From an uncultured delta proteobacterium (GTDB taxonomy: Bacteria > Desulfobacterota > Binatia > JACPRU01): a stretch of 64,000 bases of DNA. Shown here one piece after another: positions 8,946-16,561 of this stretch. Below the pieces are notes generated by a model that was given only the letters and a program-made list of their open reading frames with translations, had not been told where the DNA came from and ran no database searches. The stretch spans positions 160,001 through 224,000 of the forward strand of contig CAVUWD010000011.1 in assembly GCA_963745025.1 (NCBI GenBank), written 5' to 3'. Made by a program: the position numbers and the translations under genes. The stretch's first letter is position 1, and each line of letters starts with the position of its first letter.

Positions 8946-10415
8946 TCAAGCGCTCGGCACGGGGGCCTCGCGGCGGCGGACCGCGCCCTGCGGGACCGCG
9001 AGCAAGAGCTCTTCTCCGGCGGCGACTCCGCTCCTCACCTCGACCTGGGTTTCGTTGGCGAGCCCGAGCGTCACCGCCTGCTCCCAGACCTCTCCCGCGC
9101 GTCGAACGTAGCAGCAGCTCCGCCCCGCGCAGGAGAACATCGCGTCGGCTGGAGCGACCACCACGCCGTGCGCCGAATCGAGCAGGAACGACACGCGCAC
9201 CGACATGCCCGGACGAAGTCGTTGATCGGTACGATCGACGAGTAGCCGCACCGAGAAGAACTTCCATGGCGAATCCGCGCTCGCCTCCGCGAGGCTGCCG
9301 ACGAAATCGATGCGACCATTCATCACCAGGTCGGGATACGCCTCGAGATCGAGCCGCGCCATCAGCCCCTCGCGGATGCGGTGCAGATCGATCTCGCGAA
9401 TGCGCGTGAGCGCCACCATCTGCGAAAGATCGGGGATCGTCGCGATCGGTTGGCCGCTCCACACCGAGTCCCCCACCTGCGGCTTTCGCCGTCCGTTGTC
9501 GAGCGGGATGTCCTGGAGCACGAGAAAGCCTTCGATGGGGGAGCGGAGCGTCGTCTTCTCGAGCTCGGCTTCCGCTCGCGCGAGAGCCTCTCTCGCGCTC
9601 ACGACCTTGCGGTCGGCGGCTTCGACCGCCGCGCGGTAGAACTCGTGGGAGTGGTAGAGCACCGCCTCGGCGCGGGTCTCCTCGTCCTTCGCCTCGGCGA
9701 GCTCGCTCTTCGCTCGCTCGAGGTCGCGCGGAAAGATCACCTCGCGCGCCGCCTTCAACCGATCGCTCTGCAGATGGCTCTGTCGCTCGATGTCGGTGAC
9801 CCTCGAGCGCTGGCGCGCGAGCTCCGCCTCGCTGACGAAGCCCTTTTGAAACATCTGCTCCAAGTCGGCGAGATCGCGGCGCGCGCGCTCGAGCTCGCTG
9901 CCGCTGTCGGCCGCGCGCACTTCCGCTTCGCGCACGTTGAGCGCGCCGTTCCCCTTCTCGTACGATTCGAGATTCAGGGCCGCGATCTTCTGGGCATGGC
10001 GTGCCGACTCCAGCGCCTCGTCGGCCTTGGCGATCTGTAGCTTCCGCTCCTGCTCGGCCCGGCTCGCCGTGGCTTCGGCGTCGTGCAGCTCGGACGCCGC
10101 CTTGTCACGCTCCTCCTCGAACGGCGTGGAATCGAACGAGACCACCACGTCGCCGGGCTTCACCCAGGTGCCGTCGGCGAGCAGAGAGACGATCTTCGCG
10201 CGATTGCTGCGGATCTCGGAAGAGATCGTCACGGAGCGGGCGGCGGAGAGCGTTCCGGGCTCGACGAGCGTCACTTCGAGATTCCCGCGCTCGGCAACCG
10301 CCACCGGGACCGCCGCTTCTCGGCCGCCGTCGCGCCCGCGCGAAACGAGACCGATGGCGAGCGCCAGCGAGCCCGCCGCGAAGAGCGTGATCGATCGCCT
10401 AGTTCCCGGCTCCAT
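8946..10415 (-). CDS. Periplasmic adaptor / membrane fusion protein (MacA/HlyD type) with long coiled coil
   Basis: N-terminal TM, VKPGDVVV lipoyl half, long helical hairpin, LRSPIEG, LRPGMSVRV. Confidence 0.9.
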   Translation of the reverse strand: MEPGTRRSITLFAAGSLALAIGLVSRGRDGGREAAVPVAVAERGNLEVTLVEPGTLSAARSVTISSEIRSNRAKIVSLLADGTWVKPGDVVVSFDSTPFEEERDKAASELHDAEATASRAEQERKLQIAKADEALESARHAQKIAALNLESYEKGNGALNVREAEVRAADSGSELERARRDLADLEQMFQKGFVSEAELARQRSRVTDIERQSHLQSDRLKAAREVIFPRDLERAKSELAEAKDEETRAEAVLYHSHEFYRAAVEAADRKVVSAREALARAEAELEKTTLRSPIEGFLVLQDIPLDNGRRKPQVGDSVWSGQPIATIPDLSQMVALTRIREIDLHRIREGLMARLDLEAYPDLVMNGRIDFVGSLAEASADSPWKFFSVRLLVDRTDQRLRPGMSVRVSFLLDSAHGVVVAPADAMFSCAGRSCCYVRRAGEVWEQAVTLGLANETQVEVRSGVAAGEELLLAVPQGAVRRREAPVPSA

Positions 10416-11889
10416 CGTGGCTTCCGTCCGCGATCGCGAACGCTTCGCCGAGGGTTTCTGCCACGCGACGCAGCTGCGCGGCGCTGAGCACCTCGTCGAT
10501 GGCCGCGAGCACCTGTCCGCTGCGCGCCTCGGCGAGCTCGGTCTCCGCCTGGACGAGATCGAAGTTGTCGGTCACGCCCTTCTCGTAGCGAAAGCGTGCG
10601 AGCTCGGTCTGCTTTTCGGTCTGTTCGACGATTTCCGCGGCGAGCGTTCGCTCCGCGCGCGCACGTTCGAGCTGGCGCCACGCGTCGCGCACCTGGCGGA
10701 TCACTTGGTCGCGCATCGCACGATAGCGGCGCTCTCGGCCTCGCAGCGTGATCTCCGCCTGCGCAGCGGTCACTCGCTCCTCGGTGCGGTCGAGGGGCGT
10801 GGTCGAGCTCACGCCCACCAGCCATTCCGTCCTCCCCAGATGAGACGACTCCTCGAAGTTGTTGCCGGTTCCGATCTGGGCGTACGAGCCGATGAGATTG
10901 ACCGCCGGCCAGATCTTGTAATGCGCGAGCAGCGCCTTGCGCTCGGCATCGGCGACCTGCTCGCGAGCCTCGGCGAGCTCCGAACGCCGGCCGAGCGCGT
11001 CGTCGACCGTTTCTTCGACGCGCGTGCCCGGGGGCGGCTCCAGATCCACGGGCTTCGCCGAGGACCCCCGGGAGGCTTCGCGCGTCGGATCGGCACCGCC
11101 CGTCGTCACGCCGAGTACGCGCGTGTCGATCTCGAGCGGCACGTCGGGCGGAAGCCCGATGAGGCCACGCAGCTGGTCGAGCGCCGCCTCACGGCGCGCC
11201 TGCTGCTCGACGAGCGCGTTCTTGAGGCGCGTGGTGTGCAGCTCGGTGCGGAATACGTCCATCTTCGAGACCGCGCCGATGCCGAGCTTGGCGCGGGCGA
11301 TCTGATCGAGCTGCGAGACGCGGTCGAGCGAGAGCGTCGCCACGCGCACCAGTTCCTCGGCGCGCACGACGTCGTAGAAGCCGTGCGTCACCTGCAGCAT
11401 CAAGTCCTCGCGGGCGCCCTCGAGCGCGTGCTTGGCGGCGGCGATCCGGCGATCGGCATCGTCGATGCGGTCGCTGTTCTCGAGCCGCGAACGGCCCTGC
11501 CAGAGCGGTTGCGACAGGGTGAAGCGCGCCTCCGTGAGGTACGGAACGCTCGTCTGCGGCACCGAGGAGTACACGCTCGTGCCGCCCTTCACGCCGATCT
11601 CGGTTCCCGTCAACAGAAGCTTTCGGCTGAGCTCGGCCTGGTATTGCTGGTTCGTGTTGTTGCCGCCCTGGAGGCCGCCGCTCACCGAGGGGACGAGCTT
11701 GAAGTGGTAATCCGCCAGCGGAACGTCTCGGCCGAGCACGGCGGAGACGGCGGAATCGGCGGAGTCCTGGATGTCGGGGTTGTGGGCCAGCGCGAGCCGC
11801 ACGCAAGCGGTGAGGTCGAGAGGCTCGGCGCGCGCGGTTGCCGCGATGACGAGCGAAAGCGCGACCGCGAAGCGCCCGAGGCGGTTCAT
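10399..11889 (-). CDS. TolC-family outer membrane efflux protein
   Basis: Signal peptide from ATG 11889; LDLTACVRLALAHNPDI, LSQPLWQG, RYEKGVTDNFDLVQAE OEP repeats. Confidence 0.9.
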   Translation of the reverse strand: MNRLGRFAVALSLVIAATARAEPLDLTACVRLALAHNPDIQDSADSAVSAVLGRDVPLADYHFKLVPSVSGGLQGGNNTNQQYQAELSRKLLLTGTEIGVKGGTSVYSSVPQTSVPYLTEARFTLSQPLWQGRSRLENSDRIDDADRRIAAAKHALEGAREDLMLQVTHGFYDVVRAEELVRVATLSLDRVSQLDQIARAKLGIGAVSKMDVFRTELHTTRLKNALVEQQARREAALDQLRGLIGLPPDVPLEIDTRVLGVTTGGADPTREASRGSSAKPVDLEPPPGTRVEETVDDALGRRSELAEAREQVADAERKALLAHYKIWPAVNLIGSYAQIGTGNNFEESSHLGRTEWLVGVSSTTPLDRTEERVTAAQAEITLRGRERRYRAMRDQVIRQVRDAWRQLERARAERTLAAEIVEQTEKQTELARFRYEKGVTDNFDLVQAETELAEARSGQVLAAIDEVLSAAQLRRVAETLGEAFAIADGSHDGAGN

Positions 11890-11956
11890 GGCGCCATGGA
11901 AGATCGGGGCACAGCAGGAGTCTCCTTCGCACATCCTAGAGCCTCTCCGCGCTGGC

Positions 11957-13870
11957 TCATGTAGAGAGGCATACGCCACGTGAGGGGCTGCAGTTGCCGG
12001 AACAGCACTCAGCGCTGCTCTTACATGCGCCGTTATCGTTGATACAGCAGCTCCCGGTGAAACCGCAGGTCACGGGCGAAGCCCTGCCGAGACCACAGCA
12101 TTCTCCGCCCTCGTTCGCGATGTTGCACGCACCGCCGAGCGGCGTGCAACAGATCGGCCCTTGACCGAAGGCGTTGAGATCGCAGTTTGCCGAGCAGCAC
12201 TGAGAGGACCGCGCACAACTGGTCTCGAGGGGTCGGCAGGGAACCGGCGTCGGCGCAGGGGTGGCCGTGGGCGCGGGCGGCGGAGCCTGCGCGACGACGC
12301 GGATCGTCGCGTTGGCGGAAACGGATGCGGGCGGATTCCCGCTGTCGGTGCAGGTGAAGCTCACCGCGAAGCTCTGACCCACCTCGCTCTGGTTCGTCGT
12401 CTGCCGATACCGCCCCGTCGACGGATTCCCACTCGTCTGACTGAAGCTTCCCCCAGGCGGTAGGTTCCCATTGGTGATCGTCGTCGAGGTCCCGTCCGGG
12501 TCCCGACACGTCATGTCGATCGTCGCCGTCTGCCCCGCGCCCACCGTCCGGTCGCCCACTCCGCTCAGTGCCGGAGGATTGTTCCCTCCCGCCGTGTTGT
12601 CGTTCCCCCCGCCTCCGTTTCCACCGCCACTCGTCAACGCCGCCACCCCTCCAGCGATCCCTCCCACCACCAATAGCCCCGCAATCGCCGGCCCAACGTA
12701 CGACGTCGTCCCAGCTCCGAGCCCCGCCATCGCAAACGCCGTCGGCTCCATCGCCGTCGCCACCCCGTCCATCGTCAGCCACGTCAGCGGCACGAACGCA
12801 CACTTCTTCTTCGCCAGCTCGAAGTTCGGATCCGCCTTCTCCACCTCCTTGCATGCCTTCAGCGCCGCCTCGCTGTCATGATGATCCAGCCCGTCCAGCG
12901 CCTGCCCAAACGCCAGCACCGCCTCCAGACTCTTGGTATGCGGGTTCTCTAGCTTCTGTTTCGTCTCGGGCTCGAGCCCGCTCACGGGCTGGTTCAACCC
13001 CGCCGACAGCGTCGCCGCCACCGCCGGCACCAGCTTGTAAAACTCGCTCGCCAGCGCCTCGCTCTTCCCCTCCGTGATGATCTGCCCCTGATCCACCTCT
13101 ACCAACACCGCGTCCAGGTTCAGGTGCGTCGGGCTCGCCGTCCAGTCCGCATGGCTCCCCGCCGTGACTCGCCCTGCCCGCAATAGCTTCCCTGCTCGCA
13201 CCGCCGTGCCTTTCTCCACCAGCCCGCTCCCCGACAGCTTCGCCTCCTCCTCCAGCGCTTGCACCTGCTCCCGCTCCAACACCTTGATCCCAGGCAAAGC
13301 GCTCAGATTGTCGATCAGCATCGCCGCCATCGCTTTGCCGAGCGCTCCGTACTCCGCCGTTCCCGCGTTGCGAAACGTCGCCACCGCCACCGCGCGCGGA
13401 TCGGTGCGCTCGGAGCTGAGCCGCCTCTCCTGCGCCACCGCCTCCTTCGCCGCTCGCTCGCTCACCTCCCGCAGCAGGATCGTCCGCATCCGACCCACGT
13501 CCTGCGCCAGGCGCGGGTCGCTCGTCACTTCCTCCAACCGCCCCCACGCCGCCGCCGCCCGCTTCGGATCGTCCAGGCGCAGCTCCGCCAGCCCTGTGAA
13601 CAGCAGCGCCTCGCTACTGCGCGGATCGCTCTGCACCGCCGTCTGCAGCCGGTCCCGCGACAGCGCATACTCCCCTCGCTTGTACAGCTCCTCCCCTGCC
13701 TTCAGAGACCGCTCTTGCTCCTGCCGCTTCATTCCCTCCACCACCTGCTTCTCCCCCTCTGGATTCGAGGGCGCCGGAGCCAGCGCCGCCTCGTCACACA
13801 GTGCGGGGCGCCCTGCACACGCCATGGCAAGCATCCAAGCCGCGATCATCCACAGGCTACATTGGCGCAT
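11957..13870 (-). CDS. Exported multidomain protein: TPR + CsgG/FlgO-like domain + Gly-rich hydrophobic helix + Ig-like domain + three knottin-like Cys units
   Basis: ATG 13870 after AAGGAG; signal peptide; VAVATFRN...LGKAMAAMLIDNLS..IKVLERE..GKLLRA (CsgG/TolB-N-like); NNPPAL..DPDG Ig-like; 18 Cys in the last ~93 aa. Confidence 0.8.
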   Translation of the reverse strand: MRQCSLWMIAAWMLAMACAGRPALCDEAALAPAPSNPEGEKQVVEGMKRQEQERSLKAGEELYKRGEYALSRDRLQTAVQSDPRSSEALLFTGLAELRLDDPKRAAAAWGRLEEVTSDPRLAQDVGRMRTILLREVSERAAKEAVAQERRLSSERTDPRAVAVATFRNAGTAEYGALGKAMAAMLIDNLSALPGIKVLEREQVQALEEEAKLSGSGLVEKGTAVRAGKLLRAGRVTAGSHADWTASPTHLNLDAVLVEVDQGQIITEGKSEALASEFYKLVPAVAATLSAGLNQPVSGLEPETKQKLENPHTKSLEAVLAFGQALDGLDHHDSEAALKACKEVEKADPNFELAKKKCAFVPLTWLTMDGVATAMEPTAFAMAGLGAGTTSYVGPAIAGLLVVGGIAGGVAALTSGGGNGGGGNDNTAGGNNPPALSGVGDRTVGAGQTATIDMTCRDPDGTSTTITNGNLPPGGSFSQTSGNPSTGRYRQTTNQSEVGQSFAVSFTCTDSGNPPASVSANATIRVVAQAPPPAPTATPAPTPVPCRPLETSCARSSQCCSANCDLNAFGQGPICCTPLGGACNIANEGGECCGLGRASPVTCGFTGSCCINDNGACKSSAECCSGNCSPSRGVCLST

Positions 13871-13925
13871 GAGATCTCCTTCAGTCAGTTGCGCGCTGCT
13901 TAGGCGTTTCATGACTCAGTTGTCA

Positions 13926-13967
13926 AATAAGTCTTCGACAATAAGTCTTCGACAATAGGTCTTCGAC
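13926..13967. repeat. 3 x 14-bp tandem repeat AATA(A/G)GTCTTCGAC in the divergent promoter region
   Basis: Units at 13926-13939, 13940-13953 and 13954-13967; abuts a minus-strand TTGACA (13921-13926). Confidence 0.9.
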
Positions 13968-13975
13968 GAGGCGCC

Positions 13976-13990
13976 TGGCACGGGACCTGA
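13976..13990 (+). promoter_or_regulatory. Possible sigma54-like promoter for the rightward operon
   Basis: TGGCACG-GGAC-CTGA: perfect -24 box, imperfect -12 box. Confidence 0.3.
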
Positions 13991-14138
13991 TATGTGACGT
14001 CATAGTGGCTGCGAAGCGATGGAGAACCGCCACGATCCAGAGCCTCCGCATCCCCGTACAGATACAAGCGCGTGCCAACCGGATACACCCGCTTGCCTTG
14101 CGTCCGGGTCGTCTCGCGTGGAAGCTATAGCAGAGGCC

Positions 14139-15341
14139 GTGAAGAAACGGGGGCACGCGTGGGCCATGTCGGCCTGGCTGTTATTTGGCGCGTCGGCTCT
14201 CGCGGCGGAGAAGATCCCGATCGATCGGCTGATGGCCTCGACCGTGTGCGTGGTGGGTGAGGTGCCGGGAGGCTCCTTCGAAAGCTCCGGCTTCGTCGTC
14301 GGCGCGGGCGATACCGTGATGACGACCGCGCATGCGATCGGCACCGCCAGCAATCTGCGGGTGAAGCTGCGCGACGGGCGAGTGTTCCGCGCCCAGCTCG
14401 AGCGTCTCGGCAACGAGAACGCCGACGTCGCGTTGCTGGGTCTCGGCGGACTGAAGCTCCCGCCGGTCCAATTCGGCACTCTGCAGGACGTGCATACGGG
14501 CGACACGGTGCTCACGATCGGCTGTCCGCTCGGCTTCGAGTTCTCCGTCACCAGCGGCGTGGTGAGCTCCATTCGCGCAAGCGATCTCGGCTACCCGCTC
14601 ATTCAGACGGACGTACCGGTGAATCCCGGCTCGAGCGGTGGTCCGCTCTTCGATTCGCGCGGCCGGGTCGTGGGCATCATCAAGAGCACAGCGGCCGGGC
14701 GCGACCGCATTCATTTCGCGCTGCCCGCCGATCTCGGATCGGCCTTGGTCGAGCAAGTCGCACACGAGCGCGAGGCCTACGAGGCGTTCAACCGGGCGGT
14801 TCTCGAATCACTCCCCGAAAACAAGCTGGCGCTCTACCGGCAGGCCGTCGACCTCGATCCGGGGCTCTTCGAGGCCCATTATAACTTGGCTCTGACTTTG
14901 GAGAAGCTCGGCCAGCTCGCCGAGGCCGAGGCGGAGTACCGCCAGACACTGCGCCTTCGGCCCGGTTACAGTCCCGCGGCGCTCAATCTCGGCGCGCTGC
15001 TCTACGAGGCGAAGCGGTATCGCGAGGCAACCGACATCTACCGCGCAGCGCTCGCGCACGATTCGCGCTCCGAAGCGCTGCAGAACAATCTCGCCGAGGC
15101 CTACCGCGCGGCGGGCGATCGCGACAGCGCGCGACGTGAGTTCGAAGCGCTGCTGCGCCAAAACCCGAACTACGCGCCCGCCCACTATGGCCTCGCGGTG
15201 CTCTACGACGACGATCACGGCGATCGACGTCGCGCCGCCGAGCACTACCGCCGCTACCTAGCCCTCGCTCCGGAGGCGGCGGACGCCGATCAGGTCCGAA
15301 AATGGCTTCGTCAGACGGAGCAGGCGGAGAAGAAGCAATGA
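14139..15341 (+). CDS. Trypsin-like (S1C) serine protease with C-terminal TPR repeats
   Basis: GTG 14139 plus signal peptide; TTAHA (His), ADVALL (Asp), NPGSSGGPL (Ser); TPRs such as AHYNLALTL and AHYGLAVLY. Confidence 0.9.
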   Translation: MKKRGHAWAMSAWLLFGASALAAEKIPIDRLMASTVCVVGEVPGGSFESSGFVVGAGDTVMTTAHAIGTASNLRVKLRDGRVFRAQLERLGNENADVALLGLGGLKLPPVQFGTLQDVHTGDTVLTIGCPLGFEFSVTSGVVSSIRASDLGYPLIQTDVPVNPGSSGGPLFDSRGRVVGIIKSTAAGRDRIHFALPADLGSALVEQVAHEREAYEAFNRAVLESLPENKLALYRQAVDLDPGLFEAHYNLALTLEKLGQLAEAEAEYRQTLRLRPGYSPAALNLGALLYEAKRYREATDIYRAALAHDSRSEALQNNLAEAYRAAGDRDSARREFEALLRQNPNYAPAHYGLAVLYDDDHGDRRRAAEHYRRYLALAPEAADADQVRKWLRQTEQAEKKQ

Positions 15342-16540
15342 GCGCGGCCGAGGTGACGAAAGTCGGCCGCTACGAGATTCTCTCCAAGGTGGGCCAGGGC
15401 GCGATGGGCGTCGTCTACCGAGCACAGGATCCGACCATCCGCCGGATCGTCGCACTGAAGGTCCTGCCCGCGGATCCGGCTGAGATCGGGGGCGCGTCCG
15501 GCACTCAGGGCCGCTCCAAAGCGGGATTCTTCGAACGCGAGGCGCAGGCGGCGGGTGCGCTCCTCCACCCGAACATCGTCACGCTCTACGACGCCGGGCG
15601 CGACGCCAACTGGTACTACCTGGCAATGGAGTTCGTGGAAGGAGGCACCTTCGCCGCCGAGATCTCGCGCGAGGGCAAGGTCAAAGCCGAGCGCGCGGCC
15701 GAGGTGGTCGCGGTCGTTGCCAACGCGCTCGACTTCGCCCACGAGCGTGGCGTCGTCCACCGCGACATCAAGCCGGCGAACCTGATGATCCTACCCGACC
15801 AGACCGTGAAAGTGGCCGACTTCGGAATCGCCCGACTGACGACGGCGGCGTCCACGATGACGGGCGACATGATGGTCGGCACTCCCCACTACATGTCGCC
15901 CGAGCAGGTGCGGGGAGGAAAGATCGATGGCCGCGCCGATCTGTTCTCGCTCGGCGTCGTTCTCTACGAGGCGCTCACGGGACGCAAACCCTTTCAAGCC
16001 GAGACGCTCGCCGCGGTGCTGAACGCGATCATCAATTCGAGCCCACCTCCGCCGCACGAAGTCGAGGCGAGCATTCCCCCAGAGCTTTCGGCGATCGTCG
16101 AACGCGCGATGGCCCGCAAGCCCGAAGAACGCTACGCGCGCGGCAAGGACATGGCGAACGAGCTGCGCCGCTTTCTCGGCGCGGTGCGGGGTGAGCCGAT
16201 CGCGGCACGCCCGACGCAAAGGAAGAAGTCGAGTTGGCTCGTCGCGGCCGCAGCGGCGATCGCGGCGCTCGTCGCGCTCGGCGGTGCATTGCTGGTTCGC
16301 GGCAAGGGCGGGAGCTCGCCCAGCCCGGGGGTCGGTTATTTGGAGTTCGTCTCGGAGCCCGTAGGCGCCGAGATCTTTCTCGACGGCAACGTCGTGGGTC
16401 GAACGCCGTACACGTCCGAAGTCATCGCCGGAAAGCACGAGATCGAGTTCCGCAAGGAGGGTTATTACCCGGCGACTCAGAGCACGACCGTAGAACCGAA
16501 CAAGCACATCACGATCGAGCTGCCGATGCTGGCCCGCTAA
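15338..16540 (+). CDS. Hanks-type Ser/Thr protein kinase with TM helix and one PEGA domain
   Basis: ATG 15338 (ATGA overlap); GQGAMGVVY, HRDIKPAN, DFG, GTPHYMSPE; SEPVGAEIFLDG..GRTP. Confidence 0.93.
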   Translation: MSAAEVTKVGRYEILSKVGQGAMGVVYRAQDPTIRRIVALKVLPADPAEIGGASGTQGRSKAGFFEREAQAAGALLHPNIVTLYDAGRDANWYYLAMEFVEGGTFAAEISREGKVKAERAAEVVAVVANALDFAHERGVVHRDIKPANLMILPDQTVKVADFGIARLTTAASTMTGDMMVGTPHYMSPEQVRGGKIDGRADLFSLGVVLYEALTGRKPFQAETLAAVLNAIINSSPPPPHEVEASIPPELSAIVERAMARKPEERYARGKDMANELRRFLGAVRGEPIAARPTQRKKSSWLVAAAAAIAALVALGGALLVRGKGGSSPSPGVGYLEFVSEPVGAEIFLDGNVVGRTPYTSEVIAGKHEIEFRKEGYYPATQSTTVEPNKHITIELPMLAR

Positions 16541-16561
16541 GGCTCAAAAGGAGGATTGAGA

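Noticed and set aside
13926-13967. Direct repeats as a mini CRISPR array
   Set aside because: Units are 14 bp and contiguous, with no spacers and no cas genes.
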